Positions 52,448-64,000 of a DNA stretch of 64,000 bases are shown here, piece after piece. The DNA is from Eledone cirrhosa (Eukaryota), in contig OZ024744.1 in assembly GCA_964016885.1 (NCBI GenBank), positions 41,788,001-41,852,000 of the forward strand, read 5' to 3'. The translations under genes and the position numbers were made by a program. How positions within the stretch are numbered: the first letter of the stretch is position 1; each line of letters starts with the position of its first letter. The notes below the pieces were generated by a model. The model did no database searches and was not told the origin of the DNA. It was given only the letters and a program-made list of their open reading frames with translations.

Positions 52448-53053
52448 CTATTGGCTATAATTATTGACGAAAACTTTGGTCTACAAGTTAAAGAAGAAGC
52501 CATGTCTTCGTTACAGCATAGTGATATGTGGGAGATGGAGAGATATTGTATATCTCTCGGTATTGGGCCTCGGTGGTGCTCCTGACGTTCCCCATGCCGA
52601 TGTGTCTGAAATGACAGAGGGCAACGGTGTTTGGATCAGGAAAGAGCCGCCTGTCAATGCCAAAAGCCCATATTTTGGGCATCTTGGGGCTTTGGCGCAG
52701 GTGCAGGTTGTCTCGAACTTGTGCTTTAAAGTTGAAGTCGTGGAAGGCTTGGAGGTTACCTGGGAAACTATGCTTGTTGATGGCAAGTTATTTGTGGAGA
52801 TACCAACAGGTATTTTACCAGAAGGTTCAAAGGAAGGGTTGGTGACATTGTTGGAATTTGCCGAAGAGAAACTCCACTGCAAAGATGTCATTATTTACTT
52901 CAGAAGGGATCGCAACAACAGAAGTTCTCTCATCAAGACTTTTATGTTTCTTGGTTTCGAAGTGGTTCCCCGGGTAATCCTCTAGTCCCGAACATCGGCG
53001 ACTTTATCTTCATGGCATATACCATTCTCAGCGAGGATCTCCTCTCCGACTGA
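52448..53053 (+). pseudogene. OAZ: Ornithine decarboxylase antizyme, intronless copy; probable retrocopy with a 1-nt deletion near the C-terminus (or an assembly error)
   Basis: ORF1 (open from 52448, ATG 52502) reads MSSLQHSDMWEMERYCISLGIGPRWCS-TGA(52583-85). The +1 frame reads DVPHA...LFVEIPTGILPEGSKEGLVTLLEFAEEKL...RSSLIKTFMFLGFEVV, the antizyme domain signature. The tail PPGNPLVPNIGDFIFMAYTILSEDLLSD* is restored by adding one C at 52968-52971. Confidence 0.93.
52565..52656 (+). promoter_or_regulatory. Antizyme +1 programmed ribosomal frameshift site with predicted 3' pseudoknot
   Basis: GGGCCTCGGTGGTGC-TCC-TGA-C matches the metazoan antizyme shift site. Crossing stems: 52589-52599/52625-52635 and 52612-52622/52646-52656. 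Confidence 0.85.
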
Positions 53054-53342
53054 TTCTTATATCCCTCCCACCCTCCCCCATTTTAATTTAGGTTCTTTGT
53101 CAATCAAGTTGCAACAGGCCTTCCTCCACCCATACGCCTCGCCCTTACCTTTTTTCTTTTAATATTCAGCTCCCCACCCATCCCCTCAAAACTCTCCCTT
53201 CACCCCACCATCTTGCATCAGGGATACAGTTTTCATTATTCAATTATTAGTATATATTGATAATAATAATAATAATAATAAAAATGATTATTATTTTAAG
53301 TATGTATATATATGTATATATGTGTATATATATATATATATA

Positions 53343-53949
53343 TATTAAAATATAGAGAAAAATACTGCAGGTAGCACATGGTAACATGTAATAAAATACG
53401 TCCCTCATCAGTGATTTGCCGAAGATCATAGATATTTCATTGCATTAAAAATCATATATCTCACTTCGGTGCAATAATAACCAAAATAAGTTATTAGGAC
53501 AATTAAAACGCGTAAAGCGAGTGAGACAGGGGAACAACAGAAAATATAGCATACCGTGGGGGAGAAACAAGCTTCAAAAATTATTCTGTTTAGCGTAAGC
53601 TAGGTGAATATATGAGCGCTTAGAGAATAGTACCAGCACGAACGAAGGCCATTGAGCAGAGAGAGAAAAAATAGCGTTCGTGAGTGCAGGATGAAATGAA
53701 GAGAAGAGGGAGAAAAACAGTGAGTGAGTGAAAGTGTGAGGAAGAGTTAACGGACAAGACAGAGGGGGAGAAACAGAGAGAATGGGGGAACAGTAAGAGA
53801 GAGAGAAAAAAACACAGAATCGCAGTGGTAAATATATGTATTAAAATATAGAGAAAAATACTGCAGGTAGCACATGGTAACATGTAATAAAATACGTCCC
53901 TCATCAGTGATTTGCCGAAGATCATAGATATTTCATTGCATTAAAAATC

Positions 53950-53955
<6 letters not shown>
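53343..53955 (-). mobile_element. Small element with 117-bp identical direct terminal repeats in (TA)n, possibly Penelope-like pLTRs
   Basis: 53343-53459 equals 53839-53955 (offset 496); each copy has CTGATGAGGG on the minus strand; (TA)n on both flanks. Confidence 0.6.
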
Positions 53956-54660
<705 letters not shown>

Positions 54661-54747
54661 TTTATACTCCAGTCCTATAAACTGTAGAGTGCTACTTATC
54701 CGATATTTGCATTGCTTTATTGTGCTACAATAAAACTCACCTCCTAC

Positions 54748-54960
54748 ATATATATATATATAAAACGGTAGATGTCAGTGTGTGTGTGTGTATGATTTTT
54801 ATGCATCTCCATATTTCTCGACCGATTTTGATGAATATTTTTCCAATGTGCTCCAAATTTACCAGGGCAGGTCAACGCGTAATTATTTTTGCCAAAAATT
54901 TCCTGCTTCTATGAAAAGAAATCGATAAAACTAAATACATGCTGTAACCCTCTCTCTTAC
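54748..54960 (+). mobile_element. Helitron/Helentron-type non-autonomous 5' end fragment
   Basis: TATATATATAAAACGG...(GT)n...CCGATTTTGATGAA layout resembles DINE-1/HINE-like elements; no 3' end seen. Confidence 0.4.
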
Positions 54961-55448
54961 ACGCTTCATTCCTCTCACTACTACCATCAAAATATATGAA
55001 ATATTTGAAATAATTTGAAAACCAAACATCTGCTGAAGAACACAGGGAGACTATGAAGGAATTAAAGCAAAAAATACTGAATGACCTTGCAGTAGTAAGA
55101 CATTCTAGTATAAATGATAGAGAACCACTTCAAAAACTCCCAAATACAATCCAAAATAGAAAACAAATAATGATTGGTAATTCTGTGACAAAAGAAATCA
55201 TAGAAGAACTAGAACCTGATCTTACTGAGTTAAATGAAATCATTTATGCATCTGCTTGAGTAATTGAAACAAGTTGTTTACCACCAAAAAGAGAAAAAAG
55301 TCGCACCTTCGAGGTAAACCAATTTGGAGGAGTAGAATCGAAAAGGTGATTGATGTAATGAGAGGAGAAATATCTTTAACCGCTGGAAATGATATAAGAT
55401 CCAAGAAGGTAAGAAAGCTAAAGAGAAAATATGGACTGTCTTCTAGAG

Positions 55449-58400
55449 CAGTGGTCGCCAACCTTTCTAAAACCGAGGAACCCTCTAAATATTTTGAATT
55501 CTTCACGGAACCTATACAATACAAAACTTTAAAAAAAAAAATAATAAAGTATTTATTTATTTTAGTGTTTCATGCGTGTGTATGTAATCGAACACAATTA
55601 ACTAGTGGCTTTTCTGCTGCTGCGCCTTATCAGTGAGTTTAGAAAATCGAGGTTCAACACTAGTTAATGCCAGTCTCATACACTCGTCAATTGCTGACAG
55701 TTTATTCATCTTCTTTGTGCAGATTCCTACCAACTGCGAAAACCCTTCGCACAAGTAGCTAGATGGGAATAAAGTCAAATATTTCAATGCAAGTTGGCTG
55801 ATTTCATTAAACTACCCAATCAAGAATAAGTCGATCCATAGTTCTTTCTTTCTGCTTTCGAATATCACTTTCAAGTTTTCGTTTGAATTCAAATCCATCA
55901 ACTGATGTAAGCATTGTGCAGGTAGTAAATTTTTACAATTTCCAGCGTCATTTTCTGACACTAACTGCTCGATCTCGGTGAACGGGTTTTTTATCCATAA
56001 ATTTCCGCTAACAATATCTTTTTCCATCAAGTCAAAATAATCTGAAAAACTTGTGGAAAGCACATTTAAATGAGAAAGAATAATCTTTAGATTGCTGGAG
56101 TCAAAATCTTCTCTCTTTTTAAGCTCTATTTCAAGGTTTGGAAGTAATGAGTAATTGTCCGATTCAATTCTTTTTATAAAGATGTTTAATTTTGATTGAA
56201 AATATGTAATAAAATTGATTGAAGTAAAAATATCTGCATTGTTACCCTGAAGACACTTATTTAGTTTGTTCAGTTCACCAAAAATGTCTACTAAATAAGC
56301 GAGTTGCACATTCCATTCATTGGTTTCTAATACACTTGTTCTTTCATCATTCTGTTTTTTTAGAAAAACTATTATTTCTTCTCTCAGTTCAAAAACTCTC
56401 TACATAGCATCCCCAAAAGACAGCCAACGCACACCATTGTTCAATAACAATCTATTATAATTACTTCCAGAAGATTCACAAATAGATTCAAACATTCTAG
56501 AATTTTTTGCTCTTGCATGGATCAAATTGATAATTTTGACAATATCTTTCAGCTGGTCATTTAATATTTGAGCATCTCTGTCTTTGAATTTTTTTGAACA
56601 CAAAACCTCTCAATGAATCATACAATGATTTGAAATACAATTTGGGGTCTGTTCTTTAATTTTTGCAATCAAACCAGAATTTTTACCAGTCATTGCAGCT
56701 GCTCCATCTGTTGTTATTGAAGTCAACTTGCTCCAAGATACACCACTTTTTAAAAAATACTCTTCAATTTTATTGAATATATCTTGACCTTTAGTTGTGA
56801 TGTCTAATACCAGACAAAACAAATACTCTTCTACTAATTCTTTTTTATCAAGGTCTACAAACCGTACATAGCAAATTAATTGAGCCTTGTTATTAATATC
56901 CGTAGTTTCGTCCACTTGCAGACCAAAACATGTGCTTTTCTTTAGTGCAGTTAGTATCTGATTTTCTATATCAGAAGAAATATCAATTATCCTTCTTTTT
57001 ACGGTATTTGCTGACAATGGTAACTGGCTTAATTTTTCTTTGTCCTTAATACTGCAGCTTTCAAAAAGATTCTCTGTAGCAATTTTTATACTTGGCAGAA
57101 TTAACTGTTCTCCTAATGTAAATGGTTTCTTGTTTTTACCAATCAAATGTGAAATTTCAAAACAAGTCATACATATTAGCTTGTGATTTTTTTATGTTGT
57201 TTTTCAGCAAAGTAAAGTATTCCAGTGACTTGCTTTTATCATTGGTGTGATTAGTATCAAGGTGTCTTTTAAGTTTTGCAGGATTTAAACAGCTATTTGA
57301 TAGAACTTTTGAACATAGCAAACACATGGGCTGATCTGGTGTATCTTTTTTAGTGTCAGCTTTTTGAAATGCATATCTAACATAATCATCACACCACTGT
57401 CTAACCTTACTGCTGGTATCTAACTTCAGCTTCTTTGCAGTAGACATCATATCAAGGTTATTTATCTACAGCTAACATTTTTAATATGACATTAATAAAC
57501 AAGAGAAATTAAGTTTTTTTTATTACAAAAAGTACTTAAATTAACTTTAATTTTAGATATTTGGAAAAACTTAATAAGTTAAAAAAAAATTTTAATTTTT
57601 AAAAATTGAAATTTCTCCATTTTAGGATGGCAAACATATTATTTAAAGTCTTATAATAATATTAAAATATTAGGGGTTACTGAAATAGGGGCAAATTTAT
57701 AAACAACTAGAAGAAATCTTTTTCAGAGTCCAGCACTTCCTGCATATACTACTTTAGGGTCATATTAAATATTATTGGTAATGTAAATATATTTAAATAT
57801 CCGCCTTACTAAAAGGTGCAAAAAATGCAAATCAGCTGATAGTGTAGAAGATGTGATGATGGTATTGGAAATTAATTCAGATATCTTCTATCTATGTTGA
57901 CTCATAGTTAGATATAATTGTTTCTTCTTTAGGCACAAGGCCAGCAATTACCCAGTGCATTACTGGTACTTTATTTTATCCACCCCGTAAGGATGAAAGG
58001 CAAAGTCAACCTTCAAAGTTAGATATAATATAAAAAGGCTTTAGGCTGCGTTAAACATATATTAGATTGGAACAAATAAAGTTTAGTAAAATGTTTGTGG
58101 ACATATATATTTATTGTATAAAGTAATTTCTCAATTGTGAAAGCAGATGTCATCAAATAAATACATAATTGTGTGGTAAAGTTTATAGTGTATGCATGGA
58201 ATACAAAATTACCTTTGTTAGTAGTCGAAACTTTACAGGCGTTATATTTTCTGTGCAAAGTACAACAGAATGTAACGTGTTCTTATTTAGAATTATCTGT
58301 AGAACTAGATTCATGTTGAAAACGACTAGCAAGCGATTTCACTCTGTGAGGAAACTTTAGGCGACTTTAAAGCTTTTGAGAGGACAGCAGATTAAAACGT

Positions 58401-58465
58401 GTTCTCTATTGAAAACATTCTACTGAACTTACGTTGTGAGAACAGCGAACTGACCCTGTCTCTCG
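55449..58465 (-). mobile_element. Buster-type hAT DNA transposon; frameshifted ZBED5/SCAND3-like transposase at 57450-55602
   Basis: TIR CAGTGGTCGCCAACCTTT at 55449 preceded by TTCTAGAG (nnnTAnnn target). BED finger CLLC..LKRHLDTNH, LQVDETTD, TTDGAAAM, HCMIH, VRWLS, LAYLVDIF and LFPSSYLCEGFS. The other TIR was not found. Confidence 0.9.
57915..58012 (-). mobile_element. Nin/Deu SINE 3' fragment inside the hAT
   Basis: GGCACAAGGCCAGCAATTACCCAGTGCATTACTGGTACTTTATTTTATC...GGATGAAAGGCAAAGTCAACCT. Confidence 0.75.
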
Positions 58466-61189
58466 GCCAAGTCATTTTATAGAGAAGTAGGGAAGAAAAA
58501 ATAATTATTGAAGACCCCCCCCCCCCCCCCGTCCATAGAAGAAGTTGAAAACTTCTGGAGTAAGATTTGGAGTGATGAGAAGACATATAATACTAATGTA
58601 GATTGGATTAGTCGCCTGGAAAAATCCTAAAAAATTTTAGAAGAACAGGCGTGGGAAGACATCTCTATAGCAGACTTAGAGACAGCACTCAATAAATCTC
58701 ATAAATGGAAATCTCCTGGTAGAGAGACAGGGTGCCAAATTTCTGGCTTTCCTCACTCCCGTGCACTCACAATATATTGGTCAAGCTGTTTAATGGAATT
58801 ATGAAAGATCCCAAAAATACACCTGATTGGATAGCAAGTGGCATTACCTACCTTCTACCAAAGAACAACGAAACCAAAGAATCAAAAAACTATCTGCCCA
58901 TAACCTGCTTGTCCACCACTTATAAACTATAACCTGTATTCTCATGGGAAAAGCATATGAGTTTTTGGAGGAGAACAATCTTTTCCCCATTGAACAAAAA
59001 GGGTGCCGACGAGGTTCATATGGCTGCAAAGATAAACTTTTGATTAATCGTGTGATCCTTGAGAACTGTCATAATAAACAGAGAAATCTCACTTCTGCAT
59101 GGATCGATTATAAAAAATCCTTTGACAGCATACCACACTCATGGATTCTGAAATCACTGGACATCTTCAAAATCTCACCTGTGATCTCAAACTTCCCGAA
59201 GCACAATATGTCATTATGGAACACAAATCTCCAATTGTCTCATTCCACTGGGGTACTGTGCTCTGGGAATATAAACATCAACTGTGGTATATTCCAGGGT
59301 GACCTACTTTCTCCGTTGCTTTTCTGCATAGCTTTAATACCCCTTACATCCGAGCTTAATAGAACAGGGCATGGTTATAGAATTGACAACAAAAAAAAAG
59401 CCACCTATTTTATATGGATGATTTGAAGCTATATTGCAAAGATAATGATGAACTGGAAGGCCTTTTGCAGACAGTAAAAACGTTTACCAATGACATCAGG
59501 ATGGATTTTGGACTTGACAAGTGTGCAAAAGCCACTTTCAAGAAGGGGAAGCTTGTCAACTCTGACTCAGTTGAATTGGATGCTGAAACAATCATAAAGG
59601 AAGTTGAGCAGGACAAACCTATAAATATTTAGGGATTAATGAGGGCTCTGGCATACAGCATGCAAGTATGAAAGAGAGGATAAGGAAAGAATGTTACAGG
59701 AGAGTACATGCAGTTCTGAGAACAGAACTAAACACTCGTAACAAGGTGCTAGCCATAAATTCCTTGGCAGTCCCAGTTGTCACTTATAGCTTCGATGTGT
59801 TGAACTGGAATATGAGTGAAATCAAAAGAATCAACACCAAAGTCTGTAAGCTACTGACTTGTAATAGGATGCACCACCCAAAAGCAGATGTGGATCATCT
59901 TTACCTTCCTAGAACTCAAGGAGGCTGTGGCCTGATCAAATTTGAACTTGCTTACAAAACCATCATCATCGGACTGGCCAAATACCTTGAAACAACTAAC
60001 GACTGTATGCTGAAACTTGTTGAAAAGCATGAGAGAAGAAGCTTCATTCTATCTTGAAAGAGAGCAAACAATATGCTGCTGATCTCATGTTTGATACCCA
60101 GGCTGGACAAACTAAAGAAACTCTTGCAAGTGATGCTGCTAGGCACATAAAATCACTGGCAAAAGCAAAAGGGCAGGGACAATTAGCATCAAATTGGGAG
60201 CAGAAACCTCTGCATGGCAAATATGTGGCCCGTAGCAAACAAGCTGATGTTGACCAAAAGCACGCCCATCAGTGGCTACATAGTTCAGGGCTAAAGGTGG
60301 AGAGTGAAGGCTTCATCTTATCTGCCCAAGATCAAAGCTTATTGACTCGTAATTACCAGGCCAATGTGATAAGAAACGGAATAAACCCAAAGTGCCGATT
60401 CTGCAATGCTGAGGTTGAAACAGTGGATCACTTAGTCTCTGTATGTAAAGTTTTAGCACCAGTAGAATACAAATATAGACATGACAGAGTTGGCCAATAT
60501 CTACACTGGGTAATATGTCGGCATTACAAAATCAAAGCTGAAGACAAGTGATACAACCATCACCCTGAGGCTGTAACTGAAGGAGAAAAAGTAACAATTC
60601 TCTGGAACTTTCCTGTACATACTGACAGGACCATAAAAGCAAATAGACCTGACATCATTGTAAAAGACCAACATAGCAAGGTCTGTTTGTTGATAGATAT
60701 GAGCATCCCATGTGATCACAATATCGCGAAAAAAGAATTTGACAAGCTAAGAAAATATAAAGATCTGCTTATTGAAATTGAGAAAATGTGGCACCTCAAG
60801 GCCGTTACAATACCAGTGATTGTGGGAGGACTGGGAATGATCAAGAAAGGAACAGAACAACATTTTCGAATGATTCCTGGTTTACTCTCTCTGCATGAGG
60901 TGCAAAAAATTGTTTTGACTGGTACTGCACATGCATTGAGAAGAGCACTATCTCTGTAAGATTGATATCCCTCCTTGTATTTACATATGCATATGCACAT
61001 GTGTATATATATATATACTGTTTTTTTTTTGTTTTTGTTTTTTTTAAATTATAATCAATGTGCTGTATTAACTGGCTTACCAATGCACACTGTGAATTTT
61101 TTGCCCTAGGTGTCAGGAAGACACTCAGCATATATCTCAGAAACAATAATGAAAGAAAATAAAAATGACAATAATAATGATAATAACCT

Positions 61190-61668
61190 ATCAGAAAGGG
61201 TTGCACACAATGAACATTATAAGATCTTGTGGGACATGACTATCTAGTATGACCATTTTATTGTGGCTAGAAAGCCTGACATTGTTGTCATAGAAAAGAA
61301 GAATAACAAGCTATGTATTGTGGATATTGCTTCATCGTGGGACCACAGGTTGAAAGAGAAGGAAAGTGAGAAAGATGAGAAATACCAGGAGCTGAAGAGA
61401 GAAATCAGGAAACTGTAGATAATCAGTCACGTGGTCGTTACACTATATACAGTTAGTAGAAGGTTGGATGTATGGCTTGAGAAGCTAGGAATTACTATTA
61501 GGACAGGATTGTTGCAGAAAACAGACTTGCTAGGAACGCTAAGGATTCTAAGAAGGGTGTTAGAAAGTTGACGGAGAAGGAATGATCCAAAGGACCTTTG
61601 GCCAATGGCTATGGTTCTCTCTTTTGGTATAGGGTTGGTATAACATCTGCCAGAACAAAAGTATTATA
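61190..61668 (+). mobile_element. R4/Dong-type RLE LINE 3' fragment (second subfamily)
   Basis: KILWDMTI*YDHFIVARKPDIVVIEKK..CIVDIA..WD.R..EKE.EK..KYQELKREI, the RLE domain. Confidence 0.75.
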
Positions 61669-61856
61669 AATAATTGTTTCTACGTTAGGCACAAGGCCAG
61701 CAATAACCCAGTGCATTACTGGTACTTTATTTTATCGACGCCGTAAGGATGAAAGGCAAAGTCAACCTCGGCGGGATTTGAACTCAGACCGTAAAGGGAC
61801 GTAACTATGCTGGAAAGCATGACGTCCGACCCTCTACCGATACTGCCAATCCATCC
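61669..61856 (-). mobile_element. Nin/Deu SINE
   Basis: Reverse complement of the 2191-2371 family, high similarity. Confidence 0.85.
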
Positions 61857-61884
61857 ATTATGAGTAATAATAATAATATATATA

Positions 61885-62315
61885 TTTGATGATTAAAATT
61901 GAAAAAAATGTGGCATCTCAAGGTGGTTACAATACCAGTGATTGTAGGAGCACTGGGAATGATAAAAATAGGAACATTTTAGAACAATCCCCGGCTTACC
62001 ATCACAGCAAAAAGTGCAAAGAAATTGTTTTACATGGTGTGACACATGCATTGAGAAGAGAACTATCACTGTGGAAAAGATAATCATCTATGTAATTTTT
62101 TTTACTTAATTTTATTAGATTATATTCCATAATTATGTAAGTTGTAAATAATTGAGCACTCTTATGTGATTGAATATTATTCTGATGTAAATATGATTTT
62201 AAAAAGAGAAATTATATACTTGTAACTATGTAAAGTATGTGATGTGAACAATCTGGTGTGTTTATTTTGTGGCTTAGCAATAAATTTCTCTGTCCTTGGT
62301 GACAGGAAGACATTC
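61885..62315 (+). mobile_element. R4/Dong-type LINE extreme 3' fragment
   Basis: IKIEKMWHLKVVTIPVIVGALGMIK...HALRR parallels 60770-60955; the 3' UTR motif CCTTGGTGACAGGAAGACA parallels about 61105-61122. Confidence 0.7.
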
Positions 62316-62329
62316 AATGACACAGACAG

Positions 62330-63358
62330 ATTATATGTAGCAAAAAAAAGAGGAGGAGAGAACTGATAGGCTGTGAAAACAGCATTAGAACAGAAGAAAA
62401 TAACTTGGCTTGGTACATAAAACAATTCCACAGAACTGCTGTTGCTGAAAGTAAGAAGGCCAGAGATGTGCAAAATAGAAGATTGCAAAGAAAAAACACA
62501 GTACAAACATTTGAAGATGGATTAAACTGAAAGTAAATGGGCAGAAAAAAGAATGTATGGACAATTCCACAAAGATGTTGAAGATAGGACAGACATAGAA
62601 AAAGGTGGTTATGGATGGCTAAAAGTGATCTAAAATTGGAAACAGAAGCCTTAATCTGTGCTGTTCAAGAAAAACCACGAAGAACCAACTATGTCAAACA
62701 TAGAGTAGACCACACAGCAGAAAGTGATAACTGTAGTATTTTTGGCATGAATGGAGAAACTGTATGGTATATTACCAGTCAATATATACACCATTAGCTA
62801 TGAAAGAATATAAGAGACATCACGATAACATAGCAAGGATAGTCCATTGAGCACTTTGTGGCAAATATGCACTTGACAGAACAGAAAAGTGAGAGTGTTA
62901 TAGAAAATGATAATGCAAAGATCCTGTAGGACTTTGAGATACAGTGTGACCATGAGACAGAGCATAGGAGACCAGATATTGCATTAGTTGAAAAAGAAAG
63001 CAAACAGTGTTGAATCATAGATATAGCTTGTCCAGCTGATAACAAGGTATGTGATAAAGAAGGGGAAAAAGTCGATAGATATGACAGATTAGCTTGGGAG
63101 ATTAAGCAGTTGTGGTCACTGAAAAAGGTGATGGTAATACCAATAATAGTTGGAATCTTGTTTTGGGAATAGTGAGTAGAGATCTTGAGAAGTACATCAA
63201 ACAAATAGGGATTACAATAAAAATCAGCATTGCTTGGAACAGCTTGAATACTCCAGAGGGTACTAAAAAAAATAAAGGGTATTACCTCAGTTCACTGGTA
63301 GTGAACAGCTAACACTGTAATACATTTTCAGCATTAGAAGCTGAGTGAAGAAACAATA
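62330..63358 (+). mobile_element. R4/Dong-type LINE 3' fragment (third subfamily), decayed
   Basis: WMAKSDLKLETEALICAVQE..TNYVK, RHHDNIA and RRPDI...IDIACPAD motifs; ends in (TAA)n. Confidence 0.75.
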
Positions 63359-63548
63359 ATAATAATTGTTTCTACTTTAGGCACAAGGTCAGCAATTACC
63401 CAGTGCATCACTGGTACTTTATTTTATCGACCCCGTAAGGATGAAAGGCAAAGTCAACCTCGGCGGGATTTGAACTCAGATCATAAAGGGACGTAACTAT
63501 GCTGGAAAGCATGGCGTACGACCCTCTAACGATACTGCCAATCCACCA
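63359..63548 (-). mobile_element. Nin/Deu SINE
   Basis: Near-identical to 61669-61856. Confidence 0.85.
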
Positions 63549-63649
63549 CATAATCGATAACCAGAGAAGTGAATTGTCGAAGAATTATCCAGGGGTGTGA
63601 ATGTAAAAACTAGAAAAGCAAGAAGAGTTAAAAGAAAATACAAGATCAT

Positions 63650-63945
63650 CACAGATAAGGAGAATCTATTGAGAAAAATAATAGACTGTATTTTATTTAG
63701 TGGAAACTTTGAAACTCCCTTACATGGTGAAAAAGATGATTCAGTAAATCCAGGGGTATTTAGAGGATTAATAAATGTTGCATCTGAATTAGATCTATAT
63801 TTGAAGAATCACTTAGAAACTAATAAGGTCTTTAAAGGTATTTCTAAGACTATTTAGAATGAGATACTTGACTGCCTGCTACATGAGGAGGTAAGGAGAG
63901 AAGCTTCGTTTGTAGCCATCATGGCTGATGACACAACAGATTTGA
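63650..63945 (+). mobile_element. ZMYM1/DUF4371-like hAT transposase fragment
   Basis: LLRKIIDCILF..PLHG...SVNPGVFRGLI...LKNHL....FKGISKTI*NEILDC...FVAIMADDTTD. Confidence 0.75.
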
Positions 63946-64000
63946 ATGTCTTACGAGGATTCTTTATTCCAGAAAAATCAAACTGCAGATGACATATCAA

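Larger units (their letters stand above)
54993..61186 (+). mobile_element. R4/Dong-type RLE non-LTR retrotransposon pseudogene, interrupted by a hAT (segments about 54993-55448 and 58466-61186)
   Basis: RT motifs PITCL, QKGCRRG, WIDYKKSFDSIPH, GIFQGDLLSPLLF and YMDDLKLY; CRFC..ETVDHLVSVC zinc finger; RHD and RPD..LID restriction-like endonuclease motifs; TAA-rich tail; many frameshifts. Confidence 0.9.

Noticed and set aside
52464-52583. N-terminus MTKTLVYKLKKK... of the 173-aa ORF as a real protein start
   Set aside because: It begins at TTG in the +1 frame. The true antizyme ORF1 is in the other frame and ends at TCC-TGA.
55602-60959. Host genes such as ZBED5/SCAND3 or an intact RT gene
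   Set aside because: Multiple frameshifts and stops, a TIR and nesting show these are transposon pseudogenes.

Overview
This is AT-rich, repeat-dominated animal genomic DNA. The SINE/LINE repertoire and (CAT)n, (TA)n and (TAA)n microsatellites suggest a cephalopod such as Octopus (inference). About 46% of the window (20402-50057) is one tandem array of roughly 800 units of 35/37/38 bp with higher-order structure. The array lies inside a decayed minus-strand Tx1/L1-type LINE, between its ORF1 zinc-knuckle region and its ORF2 endonuclease. The only host-derived gene sequence is an intronless ornithine decarboxylase antizyme copy (about 52448-53053). It keeps the TCC-TGA +1 frameshift site and a predicted 3' pseudoknot but has a 1-nt deletion near its C-terminus. 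It is surrounded by (TA)n-embedded Penelope-like repeats with hammerhead-ribozyme-like cores, including a 740-bp palindrome. The rest is nested transposon debris: Nin/Deu- and CORE-type SINEs, RTE, CR1, Tx1 and R4/Dong LINEs, a Helitron holding a hAT, a Buster-type hAT and a ZMYM1-like hAT fragment. All calls come from manual reading; no searches were run.
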